Positions 1 through 13,487 of a stretch of DNA of 64,000 nucleotides are shown here, piece by piece. This DNA is from Auanema rhodensis (taxonomy: Eukaryota; Animalia; Nematoda), in NCBI GenBank assembly GCA_964057225.1, contig OZ059894.1, forward strand, positions 23,250,001 to 23,314,000, written 5' to 3'. The notes below the pieces were generated by a model. That model was not told the DNA's origin. It worked only from the letters and a program-made list of their open reading frames with translations, and did no database searches. Both the position numbers and the translations under genes were made by a program. How positions within the stretch are numbered: the stretch's first letter is position 1; each line of letters opens with the position of its first letter.

Positions 1-2579
1 TAATTAAATGTACACGTGATGTGCACTTGGTATGTAACTCGCTTCACGTGAAAGATAAAGAGATGCGGTTTTCAAAATTAGATTTCCCATGTTCATATTA
101 GTCTAAAAACAAATTTTTATTGATATTGGTTCATGGTAACCATGACTTTGAAATTTACGTGAACTTTAATTTATGCTAATTAAATGTACACGTGATGTGC
201 ACTTGGTATGTAACTCGCTTCACGTGAAAGATAAAAAGATGCGGTTTTCAAAATTAGATTTCCCATGTCCATATTAGTCTAAAAACATATTTTTATTGAT
301 ATTGGTTCATGGTAACCATGACTTTGAAATTTACGTGAACTTTAATTTATGCTAATTAAATGTACACGTGATGTGCACTTGGTATGTAACTCGCTTCACG
401 TGAAAGATAAAGAGATGCGGTTTTCAAAATTAGATTTCCCATGTCCATATTAGTCTAAAAACAAATTTTTATTGATATTGGTTCATGGTAACCATGACTT
501 TGAAATTTACCTGAACTTTAATTTATGCTAATTAAATGTACACGTGATGTGCACTTGGTATGTAACTCGCTTCACGTGAAAGATAAAGAGATGCGGTTTT
601 CAAAATTAGATTCCCCATGTCCATATTAGTCTAAAAACAAATTTTTATTGATATTGGTTCATGGTAACCATGACTTTGAAATTTAAGTGAACTTTAATTT
701 ATGCTAATTAAATGTACACGTGATGTGCACTTGGTATGTAACTCGCTTCACGTGAAAGATAAAGAGATGCGGTTTTCAAAATTAGATTTCCCATGTTCAT
801 ATTAGTCTAAAAACAAATTTTTATTGATATTGGTTCATGGTAACCATGACTTTGAAATTTACGTGAACTTTAATTTATGCTAATTAAATGTACACGTGAT
901 GTGCACTTGGTATGTAACTCGCTTCACGTGAAAGGTAAAGAGATGCGGTTTTCAAAATTAGATTCCCCATGTCCATATTAGTCTAAAAACAAATTTTTAT
1001 TGATATTGGTTCATGGTAACCATGTCTGTGAAATTTACGTGAACTTTAATTTATGCTAATTAAATGTACACGTGATGTGCACTTGGTATGTAACTCGCTT
1101 CACGTGAAAGATAAAAAGATACGGTTTTCAAAATTAGATTCCACATGTCCATATTAGTCTAAAAACAAATTTTTATTGATATTGGTTCATGGTAACCATG
1201 ACTTTGAAATTTAAGTGAACTTTAATTTATGCTAATTAAATGTACACGTGATGTGCACTTGGTATGTAACTCGCTTCACGTGAAAGATAAAGAGATGCGG
1301 TTTTCAAAATTAGATTCCCCATGTCCATATTAGTCTAAAAACAAATTTTTATTGATATTGGTTCATGGTAACCATGACTTTGAAACTTACGTGAACTTTA
1401 ATTTATGCTAATTAAATGTACACGTGATGTGCACTTGGTATGTAACTCGCTTCACTTGAAAGATAAAGAGATGCGGTTTTCAAAATTAGATTCCCCATGT
1501 CCATATTAGTCTAAAAACAAATTTTTATTGATATTGGTGCATGGTAACCATGACTTTGAAATTTACGTGAACTTTAATTTATGCTAATTAAATGTAAACG
1601 TGATGTGCACTTGGTATGTAACTCGCTTCACGTGAAAGATAAAAAGATACGGTTTTCAAAATTAGATTCTACATGTCCATATTAGTCTAAAAACAAATTT
1701 TTATTGATATTGGTTCATGGTAACCATGACTTTGAAATTTAAGTGAACTTTAATTTATGCTAATTAAATGTACACGTGATGTGCACTTGGTATGTAACTC
1801 GCTTCACGTGAAAGATAAAGAGATGCGGTTTTCAAAATTAGATTCCCCATGTCCATATTAGTCTAAAAACAAATTTTTATTGATATTGGTTCATGGTAAC
1901 CATGACTTTGAAACTTACGTGAACTTTAATTTATGCTAATTAAATGTACACGTGATGTGCACTTGGTATGTAACTCGCTTCACTTGAAAGATAAAGAGAT
2001 GCGGTTTTCAAAATTAGATTCCCCATGTCCATATTAGTCTAAAAACAAATTTTTATTGATATTGGTGCATGGTAACCATGACTTTGAAATTTACGTGAAC
2101 TTTAATTTATGCTAATTAAATGTACACGTGATGTGCACTTGGTATGTAACTCGCTTCACGTGAAAGATAAAGAGATGCGGTTTTCAAAATTAGATTCCCC
2201 ATGTCCATTTTAGTCTAAAAACAAATTTTTATTGATATTGGTTCATGGTAACCATGACTTTGAAACTTACGTGATCTTTAATTTATGCTAATTAAATGTA
2301 CACGTGATGTGCACTTGGTATGTAACTCGCTTCACGTGAAAGATAAAGAGATGCGGTTTTCAAAATTAGATTCCCCATGTCCATATTAGTCTAAAAACAA
2401 ATTTTTATTGATATTGGTTCATGGTAACCATGACTTTGAAATTTAAGTGAACTTTAATTTATGCTAATTAAATGTACACGTGATGTGCACTTGGTATGTA
2501 ACTCGCTTCACGTGAAAGATAAAGAGATGCGGTTTTCAAAATTAGATTCCCCATGTCCATATTAGTCTAAAAACAAATT

Positions 2580-5500
2580 TTTATTGATATTGGTTCATGG
2601 TAACCATGACTTTGAAACTTACGTGAACTTTAATTTATGCTAATTAAATGTACACGTGATGTGCACTTGGTATGTAACTCGCTTCACTTGAAAGATAAAG
2701 AGATGCGGTTTTCAAAATTAGATTCCCCATGTCCATATTAGTCTAAAAACAAATTTTTATTGATATTGGTGCATGGTAACCATGACTTTGAAATTTACGT
2801 GAACTTTAATTTATGCTAATTAAATGTAAACGTGATGTGCACTTGGTATGTAACTCGCTTCACGTGAAAGATAAAAAGATACGGTTTTCAAAATTAGATT
2901 CCACATGTCCATATTAGTCTAAAAACAAATTTTTATTGATATTGGTTCATGGTAACCATGACTTTGAAATTTAAGTGAACTTTAATTTATGCTAATTAAA
3001 TGTACACGTGATGTGCACTTGGTATGTAACTCGCTTCACGTGGAAGATAAAGAGATGCGGTTTTCAAAATTAGAGTCCCCATGTCCATATTAGTCTAAAA
3101 ACAAATTTTTATTGATATTGGTTCATGGTAACCATGACTTTGAAATTTACGTGAACTTTAATTTATGCTAATTAAATGTACACGTGATGTGCACTTGGTA
3201 TGTAACTCGCTTCACGTGAAAGATAAAGAGATGCGGTTTTCGAAATTAGATTCCCCATGTCCATATTAGACTAAAAACAAATTTTTATTGATATTGGTTC
3301 ATGGTAACCATGACTTTGAAATTTAAGTGAACTTTAATTTATGCTAATTAAATGTACACGTGATGTGCACTTGGTATGTAACTCGCTTCACGTGAAAGAT
3401 AAAGAAATGCGGTTTTCATAATTAGATTCCCCATGTCCATATTAGTCTAAAAACAAATTTTTATTGATATTGGTTCATGGTAACCATGACTTTGAAACTT
3501 ACGTGAACTTTAATTTATGCTAATTAAATGTACACGTGATGTGCACTTGGTATGTAACTCGCCTCACTAGAAAGATAAAGAGATGCGGTTTTCAAAATTA
3601 GATTCCCCATGTCCATATTAGTCTAAAAACAAATTTTTATTGATATTGGTGCATGGTAACCATGACTTTGAAATTTACGTGAACTTTAATTTATGCTAAT
3701 TAAATGTACACGTGATGTGCACTTGGTATGTAACTCGCTTCACGTGAAAGATAAAGAGATGCGGTTTTCAAAATTAGATTTCCCATGTCCATATTAGTCT
3801 AAAAACAAATTTTTATTGATATTGGTTCATGGTAACCATGACTTTGAAATTTACGTGAACTTTAATTTATACTAATTAAATGTAAACGTGATGTGCACTT
3901 GGTATGTAACTCGCTTCACGTGAAAGATAAAGAGATGCGGTTTTCAAAATTAGATTCCCCATGTCCATATTAGTCTAAAAACAAATTTTTATTGATATTG
4001 GTTCATGGTAACCATGACTTTGAAATTTAAGTGAACTTTAATTTATGCTAATTAAATTAACACGTGATGTGCACTTGGTATGTAACTCGCTTCACGTGAA
4101 AGATAAAGAGATGCGGTTTTCAACATTAGATTCCCCATGTCCATATTAGTCTAAAAACAAATTTTTATTGATATTGGTTCATGGTAACCATGACTTTGAA
4201 ACTTACGTGAACTTTAATTTATGCTAATTAAATGTACACGTGATGTGCACTTGGTATGTAACTCGCTTCACTTGAAAGATAAAGAGATGCGGTTTTCAAA
4301 ATTAGATTCCCCATGTCCATATTAGTCTAAAAACAAATTTTTATTGATATTGGTGCATGGTAACCATGACTTTGAAATTTACGTGAACTTTAATTTATGC
4401 TAATTAAATGTACACGTGATGTGCACTTGGTATGTAACTCGCTTCACGTGAAAGATAAAGAGATGCGGTTTTCAAAATTAGATTTCCCATGTCCATATTA
4501 GTCTAAAAACAAATTTTTATTGATATTGGTTCATGGTAACCATGACTTTGAAACTTACGTGAACTTTAATTTATGCTAATTAAATGTACACGTGATGTGC
4601 ATTTGGTATGTAACTCGCTTCACGTGAAAGATAAAATGATGCGGTTTTCAAAATTAGATTTCCCATGTCCATATTAGTCTAAAAACAAATTTTTATTGAT
4701 ATTGGTTCATGGTAACCATGACTTTGAAACTTACGTGAACTTTAATTTATGCTAATTAAATGTACACGTGATGTGCACTTGGTATGTAACTCGCTTCACG
4801 TGAAAGATGAAGAGATGCGGTTTTCAAAATTAGATTCCCCATGTCCATATTAGTCTAAAAACAAATTTTTATTGATATTGGTTCATGGTAACCATGACTT
4901 TGAAACTTACGTGAACTTTAATTTATGCTAATTAAATGTACACGTGATGTGCACTTGGTATGTAACTCGCTTCACGTGAAAGATAAAGAGATGCGGTTTT
5001 CAAAATTAGATTTCCCATGTCCATATTAGTCTAAAAACAAATTTTTATTGATATTGGTTCATGGTAACCATGACTTTGAAACTTACGTGAACTTTAATTT
5101 ATGCTAATTAAATGTACACGTGATGTGCACTTGGTATGTAACTCGCTTCACGTGAAAGATGAAGAGATGCGGTTTTCAAAATTAGATTCCCCATGTCCAT
5201 ATTAGTCTAAAAACAAATTTTTATTGATATTGGTTCATGGTAACCATGACTTTGAAATTTACGTGAACTTTAATTTATGCTAATTAAATGTACACGTGAT
5301 GTGCACTTGGTATGTAACTCGCTTCACGTGAAAGATAAAGAGATGCGGTTTTCGAAATTAGATTCCCCATGTCCATATTAGACTAAAAACAAATTTTTAT
5401 TGATATTGGTTCATGGTAACCATGACTTTGAAATTTAAGTGAACTTTAATTTATGCTAATTAAATGTACACGTGATGTGCACTTGGTATGTAACTCGCTT

Positions 5501-8500
5501 CACGTGAAAGATAAAGAGATGCGGTTTTCGAGATTAGATTCCCCATGTCCATATTAGACTAAAAACAAATTTTTATTGATATTGGTTCATGGTAACCATG
5601 ACTTTGAAATTTAAGTGAACTTTAATTTATGCTAATTAAATGTACACGTGATGTGCACTTGGTATGTAACTCGCTTCACGTGAAAGATAAAGAAATGCGG
5701 TTTTCATAATTAGATTCCCCATGTCCATATTAGTCTAAAAACAAATTTTTATTGATATTGGTTCATGGTAACCATGACTTTGAAACTTACGTGAACTTTA
5801 ATTTATGCTAATTAAATGTACACGTGATGTGCACTTGGTATGTAACTCGCCTCACTAGAAAGATAAAGAGATGCGGTTTTCAAAATTAGATTCCCCATGT
5901 CCATATTAGTCTAAAAACAAATTTTTATTGATATTGGTGCATGGTAACCATGACTTTGAAATTTACGTGAACTTTAATTTATGCTAATTAAATGTACACG
6001 TGATGTGCACTTGGTATGTAACTCGCTTCACGTGAAAGATAAAGAGATGCGGTTTTCAAAATTAGATTCCCCATGTCCATATTAGTCTAAAAACAAATTT
6101 TTATTGATATTGGTTCATGGTAACCATGTCTGTGAAATTTACGTGAACTTTAATTTATGCTAATTAAATGTACACGTGATGTGCACTTGGTATGTAACTC
6201 GCTTCACGTGAAAGATAAAGAGATGCGGTTTTCAAAATTAGATTCTTCATGTCCATATTAGTCTAAAAACAAATTTTTATTGATATTGGTTCATGGTAAC
6301 CATGACTTTGAAATTTAAGTGAACTTTAATTTATGCTAATTAAATGTACACGTGATGTGCACTTGGTATGTAACTCGCTTCACGTGAAAGATAAAGAGAT
6401 GCGGTTTTCGAGATTAGATTCCCCATGTCAATATTAGACTAAAAACAAATTTTTATTGATATTGGTTCATGGTAACCATGACTTTGAAATTTAAGTGAAC
6501 TTTAATTTATGCTAATTAAATGTACACGTGATGTGCACTTGGTATGTAACTCGCTTCACGTGAAAGATAAAGAAATGCGGTTTTCATAATTAGATTCCCC
6601 ATGTCCATATTAGTCTAAAAACAAATTTTTATTGATATTGGTTCATGGTAACCATGACTTTGAAACTTACGTGAACTTTAATTTATGCTAATTAAATGTA
6701 CACGTGATGTGCACTTGGTATGTAACTCGCCTCACTAGAAAGATAAAGAGATGCGGTTTTCAAAATTAGATTCCCCATGTCCATATTAGTCTAAAAACAA
6801 ATTTTTATTGATATTGGTGCATGGTAACCATGACTTTGAAATTTACGTGAACTTTAATTTATGCTAATTAAATGTACACGTGATGTGCACTTGGTATGTA
6901 ACTCGCTTCACGTGAAAGATAAAGAGATGCGGTTTTCAAAATTAGATTCCCCATGTCCATATTAGTCTAAAAACAAATTTTTATTGATATTGGTTCATGG
7001 TAACCATGTCTGTGAAATTTACGTGAACTTTAATTTATGCTAATTAAATGTACACGTGATGTGCACTTGGTATGTAACTCGCTTCACGTGAAAGATAAAG
7101 AGATGCGGTTTTCAAAATTAGATTCTTCATGTCCATATTAGTCTAAAAACAAATTTTTATTGATATTGGTTCATGGTAACCATGTCTGTGAAATTTACGT
7201 GAACTTTAATTTATGCTAATTAAATGTACACGTGATGTGCACTTGGTATGTAACTCGCTTCACGTGAAAGATAAAGAGATGCGGTTTTCAAAATTAGATT
7301 CTTCATGTCCATATTAGTCTAAAAACAAATTTTTATTGATATTGGTGCATGGTAACCATGACTTTGAAATTTACGTGAACTTTAATTTATGCTAATTAAA
7401 TGTACACGTGATGTGCACTTGGTATGTAACTCGCTTTACGTGAAAGATAAAGAGATGCGGTTTTCAAAATTAGATTTCCCATGTCCATATTAGTCTAAAA
7501 ACAAATTTTTATTGATATTGGTTCATGGTAACCATGACTTTGAAATTTACGTGAACTTTAATTTATGCTAATTAAATGTACACGTGATGTGCACTTGGTA
7601 TGTAACTCGCTTCACGTGAAAGATAAAGAGATGCGGTTTTCAAAATTAGATTTCCCATGTCCATATTAGTCTAAAAACAAATTTTTATTGATATTGGTTC
7701 ATGGTAACCATGACTTTGAAATTTACGTGAACTTTAATTTATGCTAATTAAATGTAAACGTGATGTGCACTTGGTATGTAACTCGCTTCACGTGAAAGAT
7801 AAAGAGATGAGGTTTTCAAAATTAGATTCCCCATGTCCATATTAGTCTAAAAACAAATTTTTATTGATATTGGTTCATGGTAACCATGACTTTGAAATTT
7901 ACGTGAACTTTAATTTATACTAATTAAATGTAAACGTGATGTGCACTTGGTATGTAACTCGCTTCACGTGAAAGATAAAGAGATGCGGTTTTCAAAATTA
8001 GATTCCCCATGTCCATATTAGTCTAAAAACAAATTTATTGATATTGGTTCATGGTAACCATGACTTTGAAACTTACGTGAACTTTAATTTATGCTAATTA
8101 AATGTACACGTGATGTGCACTTGGTATGTAACTCGCTTCACTTGAAAGATAAAGAGATGCGGTTTTCAAAATTAGATTCCCCATGTCCATATTAGTCTAA
8201 AAACAAATTTTTATTGATATTGGTGCATGGTAACCATGACTTTGAAATTTACGTGAACTTTAATTTATGCTAATTAAATGTAAACGTGATGTGCACTTGG
8301 TATGTAACTCGCTTCACGTGAAAGATAAAAAGATACGGTTTTCAAAATTAGATTCCACATGTCCATATTAGTCTAAAAACAAATTTTTATTGATATTGGT
8401 TCATGGTAACCATGACTTTGAAATTTAAGTGAACTTTAATTTATGCTAATTAAATGTACACGTGATGTGCACTTGGTATGTAACTCGCTTCACGTGGAAG

Positions 8501-11500
8501 ATAAAGAGATGCGGTTTTCAAAATTAGAGTCCCCATGTCCATATTAGTCTAAAAACAAATTTTTATTGATATTGGTTCATGGTAACCATGACTTTGAAAT
8601 TTACGTGAACTTTAATTTATGCTAATTAAATGTACACGTGATGTGCACTTGGTATGTAACTCGCTTCACGTGAAAGATAAAGAGATGCGGTTTTCGAAAT
8701 TAGATTCCCCATGTCCATATTAGACTAAAAACAAATTTTTATTGATATTGGTTCATGGTAACCATGACTTTGAAATTTAAGTGAACTTTAATTTATGCTA
8801 ATTAAATGTACACGTGATGTGCACTTGGTATGTAACTCGCTTCACGTGAAAGATAAAGAAATGCGGTTTTCATAATTAGATTCCCCATGTCCATATTAGT
8901 CTAAAAACAAATTTTTATTGATATTGGTTCATGGTAACCATGACTTTGAAACTTACGTGAACTTTAATTTATGCTAATTAAATGTACACGTGATGTGCAC
9001 TTGGTATGTAACTCGCCTCACTAGAAAGATAAAGAGATGCGGTTTTCAAAATTAGATTCCCCATGTCCATATTAGTCTAAAAACAAATTTTTATTGATAT
9101 TGGTGCATGGTAACCATGACTTTGAAATTTACGTGAACTTTAATTTATGCTAATTAAATGTACACGTGATGTGCACTTGGTATGTAACTCGCTTCACGTG
9201 AAAGATAAAGAGATGCGGTTTTCAAAATTAGATTTCCCATGTCCATATTAGTCTAAAAACAAATTTTTATTGATATTGGTTCATGGTAACCATGACTTTG
9301 AAATTTACGTGAACTTTAATTTATACTAATTAAATGTAAACGTGATGTGCACTTGGTATGTAACTCGCTTCACGTGAAAGATAAAGAGATGCGGTTTTCA
9401 AAATTAGATTCCCCATGTCCATATTAGTCTAAAAACAAATTTTTATTGATATTGGTTCATGGTAACCATGACTTTGAAATTTAAGTGAACTTTAATTTAT
9501 GCTAATTAAATTAACACGTGATGTGCACTTGGTATGTAACTCGCTTCACGTGAAAGATAAAGAGATGCGGTTTTCAACATTAGATTCCCCATGTCCATAT
9601 TAGTCTAAAAACAAATTTTTATTGATATTGGTTCATGGTAACCATGACTTTGAAACTTACGTGAACTTTAATTTATGCTAATTAAATGTACACGTGATGT
9701 GCACTTGGTATGTAACTCGCTTCACTTGAAAGATAAAGAGATGCGGTTTTCAAAATTAGATTCCCCATGTCCATATTAGTCTAAAAACAAATTTTTATTG
9801 ATATTGGTGCATGGTAACCATGACTTTGAAATTTACGTGAACTTTAATTTATGCTAATTAAATGTACACGTGATGTGCACTTGGTATGTAACTCGCTTCA
9901 CGTGAAAGATAAAGAGATGCGGTTTTCAAAATTAGATTCCCCATGTCCATATTAGTCTAAAAACAAATTTTTATTGATATTGGTTCATGGTAACCATGAC
10001 TTTGAAACTTACGTGAACTTTAATTTATGCTAATTAAATGTACACGTGATGTGCATTTGGTATGTAACTCGCTTCACGTGAAAGATAAAATGATGCGGTT
10101 TTCAAAATTAGATTTCCCATGTCCATATTAGTCTAAAAACAAATTTTTATTGATATTGGTTCATGGTAACCATGACTTTGAAACTTACGTGAACTTTAAT
10201 TTATGCTAATTAAATGTACACGTGATGTGCACTTGGTATGTAACTCGCTTCACGTGAAAGATGAAGAGATGCGGTTTTCAAAATTAGATTCCCCATGTCC
10301 ATATTAGTCTAAAAACAAATTTTTATTGATATTGGTTCATGGTAACCATGACTTTGAAACTTACGTGAACTTTAATTTATGCTAATTAAATGTACACGTG
10401 ATGTGCACTTGGTATGTAACTCGCTTCACGTGAAAGATAAAGAGATGCGGTTTTCAAAATTAGATTTCCCATGTCCATATTAGTCTAAAAACAAATTTTT
10501 ATTGATATTGGTTCATGGTAACCATGACTTTGAAACTTACGTGAACTTTAATTTATGCTAATTAAATGTACACGTGATGTGCACTTGGTATGTAACTCGC
10601 TTCACGTGAAAGATGAAGAGATGCGGTTTTCAAAATTAGATTCCCCATGTCCATATTAGTCTAAAAACAAATTTTTATTGATATTGGTTCATGGTAACCA
10701 TGACTTTGAAATTTACGTGAACTTTAATTTATGCTAATTAAATGTACACGTGATGTGCACTTGGTATGTAACTCGCTTCACGTGAAAGATAAAGAGATGC
10801 GGTTTTCGAAATTAGATTCCCCATGTCCATATTAGACTAAAAACAAATTTTTATTGATATTGGTTCATGGTAACCATGACTTTGAAATTTAAGTGAACTT
10901 TAATTTATGCTAATTAAATGTACACGTGATGTGCACTTGGTATGTAACTCGCTTCACGTGAAAGATAAAGAGATGCGGTTTTCGAGATTAGATTCCCCAT
11001 GTCCATATTAGACTAAAAACAAATTTTTATTGATATTGGTTCATGGTAACCATGACTTTGAAATTTAAGTGAACTTTAATTTATGCTAATTAAATGTACA
11101 CGTGATGTGCACTTGGTATGTAACTCGCTTCACGTGAAAGATAAAGAAATGCGGTTTTCATAATTAGATTCCCCATGTCCATATTAGTCTAAAAACAAAT
11201 TTTTATTGATATTGGTTCATGGTAACCATGACTTTGAAACTTACGTGAACTTTAATTTATGCTAATTAAATGTACACGTGATGTGCACTTGGTATGAAAC
11301 TCGCCTCACTAGAAAGATAAAGAGATGCGGTTTTCAAAATTAGATTCCCCATGTCCATATTAGTCTAAAAACAAATTTTTATTGATATTGGTGCATGGTA
11401 ACCATGACTTTGAAATTTACGTGAACTTTAATTTATGCTAATTAAATGTACACGTGATGTGCACTTGGTATGTAACTCGCTTCACGTGAAAGATAAAGAG

Positions 11501-13487
11501 ATGCGGTTTTCAAAATTAGATTCCCCATGTCCATATTAGTCTAAAAACAAATTTTTATTGATATTGGTTCATGGTAACCATGTCTGTGAAATTTACGTGA
11601 ACTTTAATTTATGCTAATTAAATGTACACGTGATGTGCACTTGGTATGTAACTCGCTTCACGTGAAAGATAAAGAGATGCGGTTTTCAAAATTAGATTCT
11701 TCATGTCCATATTAGTCTAAAAACAAATTTTTATTGATATTGGTTCATGGTAACCATGACTTTGAAATTTAAGTGAACTTTAATTTATGCTAATTAAATG
11801 TACACGTGATGTGCACTTGGTATGTAACTCGCTTCACGTGAAAGATAAAGAGATGCGGTTTTCGAGATTAGATTCCCCATGTCAATATTAGACTAAAAAC
11901 AAATTTTTATTGATATTGGTTCATGGTAACCATGACTTTGAAATTTAAGTGAACTTTAATTTATGCTAATTAAATGTACACGTGATGTGCACTTGGTATG
12001 TAACTCGCTTCACGTGAAAGATAAAGAAATGCGGTTTTCATAATTAGATTCCCCATGTCCATATTAGTCTAAAAACAAATTTTTATTGATATTGGTTCAT
12101 GGTAACCATGACTTTGAAACTTACGTGAACTTTAATTTATGCTAATTAAATGTACACGTGATGTGCACTTGGTATGTAACTCGCCTCACTAGAAAGATAA
12201 AGAGATGCGGTTTTCAAAATTAGATTCCCCATGTCCATATTAGTCTAAAAACAAATTTTTATTGATATTGGTGCATGGTAACCATGACTTTGAAATTTAC
12301 GTGAACTTTAATTTATGCTAATTAAATGTACACGTGATGTGCACTTGGTATGTAACTCGCTTCACGTGAAAGATAAAGAGATGCGGTTTTCAAAATTAGA
12401 TTCCCCATGTCCATATTAGTCTAAAAACAAATTTTTATTGATATTGGTTCATGGTAACCATGTCTGTGAAATTTACGTGAACTTTAATTTATGCTAATTA
12501 AATGTACACGTGATGTGCACTTGGTATGTAACTCGCTTCACGTGAAAGATAAAGAGATGCGGTTTTCAAAATTAGATTCTTCATGTCCATATTAGTCTAA
12601 AAACAAATTTTTATTGATATTGGTTCATGGTAACCATGTCTGTGAAATTTACGTGAACTTTAATTTATGCTAATTAAATGTACACGTGATGTGCACTTGG
12701 TATGTAACTCGCTTCACGTGAAAGATAAAGAGATGCGGTTTTCAAAATTAGATTCTTCATGTCCATATTAGTCTAAAAACAAATTTTTATTGATATTGGT
12801 GCATGGTAACCATGACTTTGAAATTTACGTGAACTTTAATTTATGCTAATTAAATGTACACGTGATGTGCACTTGGTATGTAACTCGCTTTACGTGAAAG
12901 ATAAAGAGATGCGGTTTTCAAAATTAGATTTCCCATGTCCATATTAGTCTAAAAACAAATTTTTATTGATATTGGTTCATGGTAACCATGACTTTGAAAT
13001 TTACGTGAACTTTAATTTATGCTAATTAAATGTACACGTGATGTGCACTTGGTATGTAACTCGCTTCACGTGAAAGATAAAGAGATGCGGTTTTCAAAAT
13101 TAGATTTCCCATGTCCATATTAGTCTAAAAACAAATTTTTATTGATATTGGTTCATGGTAACCATGACTTTGAAATTTACGTGAACTTTAATTTATGCTA
13201 ATTAAATGTAAACGTGATGTGCACTTGGTATGTAACTCGCTTCACGTGAAAGATAAAGAGATGAGGTTTTCAAAATTAGATTCCCCATGTCCATATTAGT
13301 CTAAAAACAAATTTTTATTGATATTGGTTCATGGTAACCATGACTTTGAAATTTACGTGAACTTTAATTTATACTAATTAAATGTAAACGTGATGTGCAC
13401 TTGGTATGTAACTCGCTTCACGTGAAAGATAAAGAGATGCGGTTTTCAAAATTAGATTCCCCATGTCCATATTAGTCTAAAAACAAA
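2580..13487. repeat. Tandem duplication of a 31-monomer block (period 5454 bp)
   Basis: Rare markers repeat at +5454 (31x176-2): TGGAAG...GAGTCCCC at 3041 and 8495; GCATTTGG...AAAATGATG at 4599 and 10053. Ends are approximate. Confidence 0.8.

Noticed and set aside
127-144. RFX X-box at GGTTCATGGTAAC
   Set aside because: Only one good half-site (CATGGTAAC) is present; the other half does not fit GTTNCC spacing.
1-176. Assignment to Brassica CentBr (176 bp), Arabidopsis CEN178 or primate alpha satellite
   Set aside because: Only the length is similar. I recognise no sequence match, and there is no HindIII AAGCTT site. A Dfam/Repbase/nt search is needed.
1-176. CENP-B box
   Set aside because: No TTCG....A..CGGG pattern on either strand of the consensus.
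1-176. 5S rRNA, tRNA or spliced-leader gene array
   Set aside because: Too AT-rich, with no recognisable 5S or tRNA sequence or Pol III internal boxes.
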